In this document: positions 28,992 to 37,486 of the stretch, one piece after another
Position numbering within the stretch: the first letter of the stretch is position 1
How the letters are laid out: the number at the start of each line of letters is the position of its first letter
Source: an uncultured Gemmatimonadales bacterium
GTDB taxonomy: Bacteria > Gemmatimonadota > Gemmatimonadetes > Gemmatimonadales > GWC2-71-9
Assembly (NCBI GenBank): GCA_963728705.1
Contig: CAVSLY010000017.1
Location: forward strand, 58,702 to 122,701
Length of the DNA: 64,000 bases
Reading direction: 5' to 3'
Made by a program: the position numbers and the translations under genes
Notes under the pieces: generated by a model
Seen by the model: the letters and a program-made list of their open reading frames with translations, nothing else
Told to the model about the DNA's origin: nothing
The model's database searches: none

Positions 28992-29477
28992 CTAGTCGTC
29001 AGCCAGTTTCCGATCCGCGACCACGATGCCGTCTCGGTCCGCGTAGAGCCAGGCACCCGGGGCGAACGTGACGCCCGCAAAAGCGACGGAGATGCCGCGC
29101 TCGCCGGCGCCGGCCTTGGCACTTCTGCGTGGAACGGCGTGCAGCGCCTTCACGCCGACCGGCGTGCTCGCGATCTCCGCGGCGTCGCGGATGCAGCCAT
29201 ACACGACGAGCCCGCTCCAGCCGTTCTGGTGCGCCAGGGCAGCCAGGTTTCCGCCCACCAGCGCCGACCGGAGCGAGCCTCCGCCATCAATGACGAGGAC
29301 CCGACCCGCGCCCGGCATCTCCAGCGCCTGGCGAATCAGCGCATTGTCCTCGAAGACCCGTAGCGTGGCGATGGGGCCCGCGAACCTTTCGACGCCGCCG
29401 AAATCCCGGAGCACTGGCTCCGCCACACGGACCTCGGCGCCGAATTCATCGCAGAGGTCGGGAGTGGCGAACGGCAT
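28992..29477 (-). CDS. rraA: RraA family protein (RNase E regulator / 4-hydroxy-4-methyl-2-oxoglutarate aldolase family)
   Basis: ATG 29477 in the frame of ORF 28992..29855, overlapping the upstream stop by 1 nt. Sequence [13 protein letters not shown]...[20 protein letters not shown]...[13 protein letters not shown]. Confidence 0.8.
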   Translation of the reverse strand: MPFATPDLCDEFGAEVRVAEPVLRDFGGVERFAGPIATLRVFEDNALIRQALEMPGAGRVLVIDGGGSLRSALVGGNLAALAHQNGWSGLVVYGCIRDAAEIASTPVGVKALHAVPRRSAKAGAGERGISVAFAGVTFAPGAWLYADRDGIVVADRKLADD

Positions 29478-31612
29478 CAGCGAGGCGGCCGAGGCTGGAC
29501 GGGGAGCGATGGCGCGGAGACCAGGTGTCGCCGCATCCGCTCGACCTCGGAGCGCATCTCGGCCAGGTCGGCCTCCATGCGCTCGAGCGAGCGCAGCAGC
29601 TCGACGACCGCGCCGGGACCGACCGCGGTGGCAGGCATGCGGAACGGGGCTGAAGCCGCCGGCGCCACGACGACGGGCGACGCGGGCGCGACGCTCGGCT
29701 CCGGCACCATCACCGAGGTCACGCCGCGCACGCGACGTGGCTCGAGAACGAAGTTCCACACCAGCGCCACCAGCGCGAGCAGGAGCAACAACCCCTGGGC
29801 GCCGAGCGACTCGGCGGTCGGGTAGACGCCGAGCGCCGGAATTCGCGGCGCCCACGAGAGGACCGTCGTGCCGATGAGCCCGCCTTCCTGCAATTCGGCG
29901 ACGCCCTTCCCGGCGAACACGAACGCCATGTAGTAGAGGAACGCGCTGGTCACCGCGAAGAACGGCTTGAGGGGCAGCCGCACACCGAACCGGTTGATCG
30001 CGATGTAGACGCCTACCAGCACCACCGACCCGGCCAGGATGCCGCCGACGATCGGCATCGTCCCGCCCGCGGTGCCGGCGACGAAGAGCGCCTTGTAGAA
30101 CAGCACCGTCTCGAAGCCCTCACGGTAGACCGCGAGAAACGCCGCGCTCGCGAGGGCCAGCGCCGAGCCGCTGTCGAGGGCATCCTGCACCTTGCTCTTC
30201 ACGAACTTGTTCCACTTCACCACTTCCATCTTCGACAGCAGCCAGTAGCTGACGTAGAACAGCATCACAGTCGCCACGACCATCGTGCCGCCCTCGAGGG
30301 CCTCGCGGTGAGCCGCGCTCAGCACGAACACCGTCTCGAGCGCGATCGCGGTCAGGAGGCTGGCGGCGATCGCCGCGCTGACGCCCACGTGGATGTCCCG
30401 GCGGCGACGGGAGGCCCCCATCTTCACGAGGAACGTCATGAGCGCGCCGACGATCAGAATCGCCTCGAGGCCCTCGCGCAGCATGATGATGAACGACTGC
30501 ATGAACAGGTTGAATGGCGAGTCCTGGTCGCCGAGCGCGCGCTCGGCGCTCTCGAGTCCGGCATCGAGCTGGCGGCGGAGCGCGTCGAGCTCGGCCGGCG
30601 TGGCGCCGCCTGCGGCCCGCGTCCGGAGCGAGGCGAAGTCGGTCTCGAGCCGGGTGGCCAGGCCGGGGTTCTTGGCTCGCACGCCGCGCTCGACCTGCTC
30701 GAAAGTCATGTACGCGTCGAACGCCCGGGCTGTCGCGGCGGGATCACCGGTGCGGGCAAGAGCGAAAGCCGTGTCGAGCTGCGCCCGCACCCGCGCGAAG
30801 ACCTGGTCGGACTCCGTGCCCGTGTGGTCGGCCTGGAAGGTGCGTACCGCCGCGAGCTGGCCGAGCGCCTCGGGCCCGCTCTGCCCACTCATGCCCAGCG
30901 CGCTGAGCACGGCTTCGTCGGACATCTTGCCGGTCGTCGCGAAGGGGCGGAGCGACGGCGGAACGTCGCCGCGGGGCGCCGGCACCCGGAGGATGCTGGC
31001 GTAGAGCGCGGCCGCCCAGCGGTCCTCGACGGGGAGGCGGCCCTCGAAGGCCGGCATCGCCGTGCCCACGGTGCCGATGCTGATGCGTCGGAAGTAGTCG
31101 AGCGGCGAGACGTCGCGCAGTGCGGCGCCGTCAGCCAGGTTGGCGGGTCGTGGATCGAGGCTGGCGGCCAGGGCGCCGTCGCCCCTGCCCACGGACCCAT
31201 GGCAGCTCGCGCAGTTGGCCTGGTAGATCTCCGCGCCTCGCGAAAGCGAGGGCGTCTGCGCCGGCAGCTCGTCGAGGGTGATCCCGAGGCGCTCGGTGAG
31301 GCCCGCGTTGAGCGAGCGCACGTGGGCATCGAGCGAGTCGGGAGGCGCGGTTCGGTTCACCAGCGACGCCAGCGCGTCGATCTCCGACGCGGCAGGCCGG
31401 CCGGCCTCGGACGGCAGAAGGGCCGCGGAGCGCCGGGCCTCCTGCAGGAAGAGCTGGGCCTCCTCCACCTCGGCCTTGGCCACGACCCGGCCGTCGATGA
31501 CGCCGATCCGGTACTCCTGGGCCGCGAGCTGTGCGGTCGCCGCGATGCGCCGGGCGACTGGGGCAGGATCCTGTGAGACGACCGGCTGCTGGGTAGCCTG
31601 GAGCGAAGACAC
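29477..31612 (-). CDS. Cytochrome c domain fused to an FTR1/EfeU-family high-affinity iron permease
   Basis: ORF of 711 aa. Heme motif [11 protein letters not shown]. Two REGLE-type motifs, [10 protein letters not shown] and [10 protein letters not shown], in a 7-TM region. The real start is probably ATG 31649 with a 1-nt indel near 31628-31640 (see findings). Confidence 0.8.
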   Translation of the reverse strand: MSSLQATQQPVVSQDPAPVARRIAATAQLAAQEYRIGVIDGRVVAKAEVEEAQLFLQEARRSAALLPSEAGRPAASEIDALASLVNRTAPPDSLDAHVRSLNAGLTERLGITLDELPAQTPSLSRGAEIYQANCASCHGSVGRGDGALAASLDPRPANLADGAALRDVSPLDYFRRISIGTVGTAMPAFEGRLPVEDRWAAALYASILRVPAPRGDVPPSLRPFATTGKMSDEAVLSALGMSGQSGPEALGQLAAVRTFQADHTGTESDQVFARVRAQLDTAFALARTGDPAATARAFDAYMTFEQVERGVRAKNPGLATRLETDFASLRTRAAGGATPAELDALRRQLDAGLESAERALGDQDSPFNLFMQSFIIMLREGLEAILIVGALMTFLVKMGASRRRRDIHVGVSAAIAASLLTAIALETVFVLSAAHREALEGGTMVVATVMLFYVSYWLLSKMEVVKWNKFVKSKVQDALDSGSALALASAAFLAVYREGFETVLFYKALFVAGTAGGTMPIVGGILAGSVVLVGVYIAINRFGVRLPLKPFFAVTSAFLYYMAFVFAGKGVAELQEGGLIGTTVLSWAPRIPALGVYPTAESLGAQGLLLLLALVALVWNFVLEPRRVRGVTSVMVPEPSVAPASPVVVAPAASAPFRMPATAVGPGAVVELLRSLERMEADLAEMRSEVERMRRHLVSAPSLPVQPRPPR

Positions 31613-31637
31613 TGCGAAAAGGAGCGGGAGAGCCGCC

Positions 31638-31654
31638 GATGAGAATCATTTTCA
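31638..31654 (-). promoter_or_regulatory. Fur-box-like site at the 5' end of the iron permease gene
   Basis: gATGAGAATCATTTTCa matches 13 of 15 positions of the core ATGATAATCATTATC of the Fur consensus. It is an AT-rich 15-mer in ~70% GC DNA and overlaps ATG 31649. Confidence 0.4.
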
Positions 31655-31774
31655 CCCGATTTGAAGTTGCTGCCGATAAATTAGAGTGCGGCGGTCGGAA
31701 TTGCTAGAGGCTTGGCAGTAAGGAGTTACGGGATGGGATGCACGGCGCGCCTGGCGTCGAGGCCCGCGCCGACA

Positions 31775-32170
31775 TCACTTGCCTTGCACCACCCCCACCA
31801 TCGCGATCGCCCCCGCAGACGTCGCCGAGTGGGTCAGGCTCACCTGCACCACCAGACCGCCGTTTGCTTCGGCGAGCCGGGCCGCGAGCCCGTGGAGACG
31901 GATCGCCGGACGGCCGTCGTCGTCCCGGGTCACTTCGATTTCGCGCCAGCCCACGCCGCGCGCTCCCGGGAGCGACTGGAGAGCCTTGTATACCGCTTCC
32001 TTTGCCGCGATCCTCGCCCCGGCGTGTCCGGTCGGGTCCGGCCGCGTGGCCAGGTAGGCGCGCTCCTCGTCGGTGAAGAACTTTTGCATGGCGTGCTCGC
32101 CCTTGTTCGACAGCAGTCGGGCGACGCGCTCGAGATCCACCAGGTCCACGCCCACGCCGATCACGTTCAC
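31775..32170 (-). CDS. acpS: Holo-[acyl-carrier-protein] synthase
   Basis: GTG 32170 (GTGA overlap) in the frame of ORF 31775..33364. Sequence VNVIGVGVDLVDLERV...FTDEERAY...AAKEAVYKAL...SLTHS. Confidence 0.85.
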   Translation of the reverse strand: MNVIGVGVDLVDLERVARLLSNKGEHAMQKFFTDEERAYLATRPDPTGHAGARIAAKEAVYKALQSLPGARGVGWREIEVTRDDDGRPAIRLHGLAARLAEANGGLVVQVSLTHSATSAGAIAMVGVVQGK

Positions 32171-32922
32171 AGCCGCGCCCACCAGAATGCCGTCAGTCCT
32201 TCCAGTGGAGCGGGCACCGGCAGGTAGCCGCCGAGCACCAGGCCGAGGTAGGTCGCGGCGCCGGCCACGGCCGCGGTGAGCAACCAGAGCGGCCATGTGG
32301 GACGCCGCCAGGCCCGCACCCGCGCGATCTCGTACGCCCAATGCTCCTGCTCCCGCCGCGCCCCCGCATCGAGCGCGAGCCATGCCGACTCCAGCCGCCG
32401 TGCCGCCGCGGCAAGTGCCTCCTGCCAGGCCTGCGCGCCGGCGGCACCACGTCCGCGGGCGCTGCCCGTCGTATGCACCGCCAGCTCGAGCTGATCCAGC
32501 GCCGCCACGAACTGGACGCCGCCGCTGCCGAGCCGAGCACCGATCGCGCGGACGTCTTCGTCCGTGACCGCGAGCCGCTCGCGCCGTCGCCGCGGGAAGC
32601 GCGACTCCTCGGCAGCCAGCCGAAGGCCGGCGTTCGCTTCGCTCGCGATCCGCCCCGCGGCCGTCTCGACCGCGTGCTCCCAGAGGCCGAGCCACGCCAC
32701 CCGTCCGAGCGAGGCCACCGCGCTTTCGTGGTCGCCGGCCGCAGCGAACGAGCGGCCCGCGGCCGCCAGGTCGAACACGCCGGTCACGAGGGCGAGCCGG
32801 ATGTCGTCGAGCGAGAGGCGGAGGGCGCCGCGAGCAGCGGCGGGAGGATCGACCAGCCGCCCGAGCGACGGGCCGAGCTCGGGCACGACCCAGAGCTGCT
32901 CGGAGCCGGGCGCCGAAGTCAC
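32167..32922 (-). CDS. Hypothetical protein with a C-terminal transmembrane helix
   Basis: ORF of 251 aa. ATGA overlap with the CYTH gene stop and GTGA overlap with the acpS start. TM helix WPLWLLTAAVAGAATYLGLVLGG. No motif recognised. Confidence 0.55.
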   Translation of the reverse strand: MTSAPGSEQLWVVPELGPSLGRLVDPPAAARGALRLSLDDIRLALVTGVFDLAAAGRSFAAAGDHESAVASLGRVAWLGLWEHAVETAAGRIASEANAGLRLAAEESRFPRRRRERLAVTDEDVRAIGARLGSGGVQFVAALDQLELAVHTTGSARGRGAAGAQAWQEALAAAARRLESAWLALDAGARREQEHWAYEIARVRAWRRPTWPLWLLTAAVAGAATYLGLVLGGYLPVPAPLEGLTAFWWARL

Positions 32923-33491
32923 GACGCGGCCAGCACCGCTGGCCGGCCGGTGCGGGCCTCGAACCGACGCACGAACTCGGCGAGCGAGTCGGCGGTGAAG
33001 GCGTCGCGGCCGATGCCGGTGGCGCGGATGGCGCGCTCGATGTCGGCGGGCGCGCCCTCCACCTCGAGCAGCGGATCCATGTCGGGATAGCGTTCGAGGC
33101 GCACGGTGGCGCCGCCCACGTCGTAGACCTCGACGTCGCGGTCGATGGCGTGCACCATGTCGTAGCCGAGCGAGGCGAGGAACGCGTGGGGAGATCCGGT
33201 GGGGCCGGCCGACGGCGCGATCGTGAGCTCGACTTCTTCGCGCTGCTTGTACCCGTCGGGCGAGAGCCGCACGGGCCCCTTCCAGCCGAGGATGGACTCG
33301 CTCCGGCCGTCGGCGTAGCGGTAGCTGCGCACCCGAAGCACCTCGCCGCGCGCGACGAGCTCACCGGCGCGGTCGAACCGGCGGTCGGTCATGCGGGCGC
33401 GGAAGCGCTCGTGCCCGCCCGACGCGCGGAGGCGCTCGCGCAGCGCGTCGGGATCGGGGATGACGGCCTTGAGCTCGAGTTCGTCACTCAC
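32919..33491 (-). CDS. CYTH-domain protein (triphosphate tunnel metalloenzyme / class IV adenylate cyclase-like)
   Basis: GTG 33491 in the frame of ORF 32919..33965 (GTGA overlap). N-terminal ExExK signature in VSDELELKAVI. About 190 aa, the typical CyaB/ThTPase size. Confidence 0.7.
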   Translation of the reverse strand: MSDELELKAVIPDPDALRERLRASGGHERFRARMTDRRFDRAGELVARGEVLRVRSYRYADGRSESILGWKGPVRLSPDGYKQREEVELTIAPSAGPTGSPHAFLASLGYDMVHAIDRDVEVYDVGGATVRLERYPDMDPLLEVEGAPADIERAIRATGIGRDAFTADSLAEFVRRFEARTGRPAVLAAS

Positions 33492-34186
33492 CGCAGGATC
33501 GCATCCAGCACCGCGTCCGTCTCGCTGAGATCCAAGAACACCGCGTGCGCCCCGCACGCCTCGAGATCGCCGACCGAGTACGCGCCGGTCGCGACCCCGA
33601 GCGCGCGGGCTTCGATCCCCGCCCCGCAGGCGACGTCGGCCGGCGTGTCGCCGATGATGACGACTTCGGTGCCGCGGGGCACACGACCGAAGATGGCCTC
33701 GGCGCGGCGCGCCGCGATCGGCGGGAGATCGTGCCGGTACGCCGCGTCCGAGCCGTAGGCACCGACTCGAAACCGCTCGGGCGCGATGCCGCCGGAGCGG
33801 AGCTTGAGCGCGGCGCCCTGGGCGACGTTGCCGGTCAGGAGCCCGAGCACCACGCCGGGATTCGCTTCGAGCCGCTCGAGCAGCACGTGGACCCCGGGCA
33901 TGACGGTCGTCCGCGTCGTGGCCCGCTCGAGCTCCTGTGCCAGAAAACCGACGTAGCGCTCGCACAGCGCGCGCACGCGCGCCGACTCCCGCGGCTCCGG
34001 TTGGCCCGCGGCCTCGAGCATCTCGGCCACGATCTGGGGATCGGTCTTGCCGTCGAACCGGATGCGCTCGAACGCCGGCGTGGGCCCCACCTCTTCGGCG
34101 AGTGCAGCCACGATGGCGCGGCGCCCCGCGCCGGCGGTGAGGAGAATGGTTCCATCGATGTCGAACAGGACGAGCTTCCGGGTCAC
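33488..34186 (-). CDS. HAD-superfamily hydrolase (phosphoglycolate phosphatase-like)
   Basis: GTG 34186 in the frame of ORF 33488..34738. Motif I LVLFDIDGTIL, motif II LLTGN, motif IV IIGDTPADV. Confidence 0.8.
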   Translation of the reverse strand: MTRKLVLFDIDGTILLTAGAGRRAIVAALAEEVGPTPAFERIRFDGKTDPQIVAEMLEAAGQPEPRESARVRALCERYVGFLAQELERATTRTTVMPGVHVLLERLEANPGVVLGLLTGNVAQGAALKLRSGGIAPERFRVGAYGSDAAYRHDLPPIAARRAEAIFGRVPRGTEVVIIGDTPADVACGAGIEARALGVATGAYSVGDLEACGAHAVFLDLSETDAVLDAILR

Positions 34187-34971
34187 CGCTCCTCCAGCCG
34201 CCTCACGGCGACGAGCCGCTCGCGGAGCGACGCGGCCCGGCTGCCCGGCAGCCAGGGCTCCTGCACCATCCCGCCCACGGCGATCGTCGAGTGCACCAGC
34301 GTGTCCCCCTCGCCGGCGAAGGCGACGTGGGTGACCCGCTCGCCCGTGCCCTCGCGGAAGAACAGCAGGTCGCCGGGCCGGATGGCGTCGAGCGCGACCA
34401 GCGCGCCGCACCGCGCCTGCTCGGAGGAGTCGCGCGGCAAGGTGATGCCGCGGGCGAGGAAGGTGGTCTGCACCACGCCGGAGCAGTCCACGCCGCACGG
34501 GGTCACCCCGCCCCACTCGTACGGCGAGCCCGCGAAATAGTCGAGGGCCCAGCGCTCGGGCGGCCTCGCGCGAGCGGCCGGCACCGCTTCGGCCGCGCAG
34601 GCGAGAGTGCCCTCGGCCACCTGCCCGCGGCGGCCGTCGGGCAGGCGGACCGCCTCGCCGTCGAGCGCCACCCGGGCGCGGAGCGGCAGTCGGACGGCCG
34701 GCCCCTCGACGGTCCGCACGGCGGCGCCGAGGCTCCACCCGGTGGCCTCCTGCCGCCAGGCCTCGGCCTTGGCGTCGTCCACCTCGACGCAGTATCCGGC
34801 GTGGACCCAGCCCTCGTAGCTGTCGAGATCGGTGCGCACGCGCCGCCAGTCGGCGGCGGCCTCGAGCACGGCCGCGGTCTCGCCTAGGACCAGCTGGGTC
34901 GCCTGCTCGGACCGGAGGGTGGGCTGGGCGAAGACGGGCACGATGGCCGCGCGCGCGATGACCGCGGTCAC
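34183..34971 (-). CDS. NlpC/P60 (C40) cell-wall peptidase with an N-terminal SH3-like region
   Basis: GTG 34971 in ORF 34183..35055. Sequence YEWGGVTPCGVDCSGVVQTTF (catalytic Cys), GDLLFF, VTHVAF (His). Confidence 0.8.
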   Translation of the reverse strand: MTAVIARAAIVPVFAQPTLRSEQATQLVLGETAAVLEAAADWRRVRTDLDSYEGWVHAGYCVEVDDAKAEAWRQEATGWSLGAAVRTVEGPAVRLPLRARVALDGEAVRLPDGRRGQVAEGTLACAAEAVPAARARPPERWALDYFAGSPYEWGGVTPCGVDCSGVVQTTFLARGITLPRDSSEQARCGALVALDAIRPGDLLFFREGTGERVTHVAFAGEGDTLVHSTIAVGGMVQEPWLPGSRAASLRERLVAVRRLEER

Positions 34972-35141
34972 GACGGGCTGGGTTCCTTGGCGGCGCACTC
35001 GCGGCAGAGCGTCACGCCGCGAAAGCTGCAGATGAGGCAGATGAACGTCCCACACTTGGCGCAGGGGTAGCCCTCGGAGGCACGCTCCTCACGGCCGCAG
35101 GCGCGGCAGCCCATGGCGTCGTGCTCGCGAATCTCGGCCAT
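34968..35141 (-). CDS. Small Cys-rich zinc-finger protein (57 aa)
   Basis: Own translation (below the ORF-track size cutoff): MAEIREHDAMGCRACGREERASEGYPCAKCGTFICLICSFRGVTLCRECAAKEPSPS, with four CxxC pairs. The ATG lies 7 nt after the activator stop. Its stop overlaps the P60 GTG (GTGA). Confidence 0.5.
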   Translation of the reverse strand: MAEIREHDAMGCRACGREERASEGYPCAKCGTFICLICSFRGVTLCRECAAKEPSPS

Positions 35142-35148
35142 GGCGACC

Positions 35149-36495
35149 TCAGGAGGTGAGCGAGTAGCGCTTGATCTTGTTGATCAGCGTGGCGCGCGAG
35201 ATCCCGAGCTCGAGGGCGGCGCGGGTCCGGTTGCCGGTGTGGTGCTTGAGGGTACGCTCGATGTGCTGGCGCTCGAGATCCTCGAGGCTGAGCGGCGTGT
35301 GGCGCCGATCGCCGATCCCGGGCCGGGCGCGGAATTCGCCGGGCAGGTGTTCGACGCTCACCGCCGGTGCGCCGCGGCCGAGAATGAGCGCCCGCTCGAG
35401 CACGTTCCGCATCTCGCGTACGTTGCCGGGCCAGCCGTAGGCCAGGAGTCGGTCGAGGACCTCGCCCGAGAGCGTCGGAGGGCCGTCGGGGAGCTCGGAG
35501 CGAAGGTCGGTCGACAGCCGGGTGATGAGCGCCATCCGGTCCTCGCGCGAGCGGTCGCGCACCGCGGGGAGCTGAAGCGGCATCACGCTCAACCGGTAGT
35601 AGAGATCCTCCCGGAAACGCAGGTCCTCGACCTCGCTCTGCAGGTCCTTGTTGGTCGCCGCGATGAGCCGCACGTCCACGGTGATCTCGCGGGTCCCGCC
35701 GAGCCGGCGGAAGGTCTTGGTCTCGAGCACCTTGAGGAGCTTGGGCTGGAGCTCCGGCGCGAGATCGCCGATCTCATCGAGGAAGATCGTGCCGTGGTCG
35801 GCGATCTCGAACAGGCCCTGCTTCCGGTCCTTGGCATCGGTGAACGCCCCCTTCTCGTGCCCGAACAGCTCGCTGTCGAGGAAGGTGGCGTTGAGCCCGG
35901 CGCAGTTGACCTCGACGAACGGAGCCTTGGTGCGAGGGCTCAGATCGTGGATCATCCGCGCTACCCAGCCCTTGCCGGTGCCGCTCTCGCCGGTGAGGAG
36001 CACAGTCGTCCGCTCGCTCTGGGCCAGGAGCCCCACCTGGTGGGCGAAATCCTGCATGCCCGACGACGTGCCCAGCGAGTCGAGCCCGTACCCTGGGGCG
36101 GTCTGCCCCAGCAGCGCCTCGTTGATCCGCCGGAGCCGTGCCTTGTCGGCCACTCGGGCGGTGGCGGCGGCGAGGTGCTCCATGTCCACGGGCTTGGTGA
36201 GGAAATTCTCGGCCCCGAGCTGCATGGCGCGGACCGCGGTGGCGACGTCGCTCTCGCCGGTGAGGAGAATGACGGCGGCGTCCCGTTGCCGCAGGTGCTC
36301 GAGGACCTCCAGGCCGTCCATCCCCGGCAGGCGCAGATCCAGGATCACCACCTCGGGCCGCAGGCGATCGAACGTGACCAGTCCCGCCTCGCCGCTCAGC
36401 TCCCGGGTGACCTCGTACGACAGGCGCTCGAAGTAGTTCCCGATGCTGCGCAAAACGTCGACATCGTCATCGATGAGGAGGACGGATCCGGCCAT
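35149..36495 (-). CDS. Sigma-54-dependent response regulator (NtrC family: receiver + AAA+ + Fis-type HTH)
   Basis: ORF of 448 aa. Motifs: VLLIDDD...ILDLRLPGMDG, Walker A GESGTGKG, sigma-54 contact loop variant GAFTDA, GTIFLDEIG, GNVREM, and C-terminal HTH RTRAALELGISRATLINKIKRY. Confidence 0.9.
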   Translation of the reverse strand: MAGSVLLIDDDVDVLRSIGNYFERLSYEVTRELSGEAGLVTFDRLRPEVVILDLRLPGMDGLEVLEHLRQRDAAVILLTGESDVATAVRAMQLGAENFLTKPVDMEHLAAATARVADKARLRRINEALLGQTAPGYGLDSLGTSSGMQDFAHQVGLLAQSERTTVLLTGESGTGKGWVARMIHDLSPRTKAPFVEVNCAGLNATFLDSELFGHEKGAFTDAKDRKQGLFEIADHGTIFLDEIGDLAPELQPKLLKVLETKTFRRLGGTREITVDVRLIAATNKDLQSEVEDLRFREDLYYRLSVMPLQLPAVRDRSREDRMALITRLSTDLRSELPDGPPTLSGEVLDRLLAYGWPGNVREMRNVLERALILGRGAPAVSVEHLPGEFRARPGIGDRRHTPLSLEDLERQHIERTLKHHTGNRTRAALELGISRATLINKIKRYSLTS

Positions 36496-36583
36496 GAAAG
36501 TTTGCCTTGGAAAGGCGCGGAACAGGGTTGTCAGGGTGACTCAGGCCCACCAAAAATTAGTCAGTAGGCATCAACTCGCCAAC

Positions 36584-37486
36584 CTACCCGCCCGGCACCA
36601 TGATCTGGATCGCCTTGGGCACCACCGTGGCTGTGAACGGCGTCTCGCCACCGGCCTCCCCGTCGAGCTGGACCGGCTGGACGGGATGGGTCTCGACCCG
36701 CACCTCCCGGCCGCGGGCATATCCGACGTAGGTGTCGAGCCCGTCGACCTCGGGGGCCATCCGGAGCAGGTCCCAGACGGCCCGGAGACTCTGCCCGAAG
36801 CCGTTGGCGCGCACGACCACCACGTCGAGCAGGCCGTCGTCCGGGCGGATGCCCGCACCCAGCCGGACGTACGGCGGGATCACTTCGCCGCAGTTGGCTA
36901 CGAGCACCATCGCCGCGTTGGCATCGTAGACCACGCCGTCGATGGTGATGACGTGGTCGGTGCTGCGGATCTCGCGGACGAGCCGGAGCGTCGTCGCCAC
37001 GTAGGCGGCCATGCCCCAGCGACGTTTGTGCTCGCCCAGGGTCTCCGCCATGATCCGCGCGTCGTAGCCCGCGCCGCAAGCCACCGCGAAGAAATGTTCG
37101 CCGTCCGGGCGCTGCACCCGGCCCAGGTCGAACAGCTTGGGCCGCGCCGTGATGAGCGCGCGGACGGCCCGCGCCGGGGCCGACGGGATCCGGAGGTTGC
37201 CGGCCAGCAGGTTGCCGGTGCCGCCCGGGATGACGCCGAGCGCCACGTCGGTGCCAACCAGCGCCGCGGCGGCCTGCATGGTCGTGCCGTCGCCGCCGAA
37301 AACCGCCACGATGTCCATGCCCTGGGCGACGCCCTCGGCCGCGATCCGGCGTGCGTCGCCCTGACCGCCGGTCGCCAGCACCTCCGCGCTCCACCCGGCC
37401 CCGGCAAAGGTGCGCATGAGCACGTCCACGGCGCTGGCCCGGGTGCGTGCCGCGGCGGGGTTGGTGATCAGCAGCACTCGCGGCAC
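36584..37486 (-). CDS. Diacylglycerol kinase-family lipid kinase (YegS/DagK-like)
   Basis: GTG 37486 in ORF 36584..37612. Sequence VLLITNPAA...VAVFGGDGT...LGVIPGGTGN. Confidence 0.8.
   Translation of the reverse strand: MPRVLLITNPAAARTRASAVDVLMRTFAGAGWSAEVLATGGQGDARRIAAEGVAQGMDIVAVFGGDGTTMQAAAALVGTDVALGVIPGGTGNLLAGNLRIPSAPARAVRALITARPKLFDLGRVQRPDGEHFFAVACGAGYDARIMAETLGEHKRRWGMAAYVATTLRLVREIRSTDHVITIDGVVYDANAAMVLVANCGEVIPPYVRLGAGIRPDDGLLDVVVVRANGFGQSLRAVWDLLRMAPEVDGLDTYVGYARGREVRVETHPVQPVQLDGEAGGETPFTATVVPKAIQIMVPGG

Noticed and set aside
28683-29363. Small ORFs in the lgt-rraA gap (63 aa on the minus strand, 214 aa on the plus strand)
   Set aside because: The plus ORF runs through the strong hairpin and continues antisense to rraA. 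The minus ORF has no start context, no hydrophobic or known motif, and atypical composition. The region is better explained as non-coding.
36496-36583. Possible sigma-54 promoter or terminator between the DagK-like gene and the sigma-54 activator gene
   Set aside because: There is no TGGCAC-N5-TTGC-like match and no convincing hairpin, only an A5/T5 run next to imperfect pairing.
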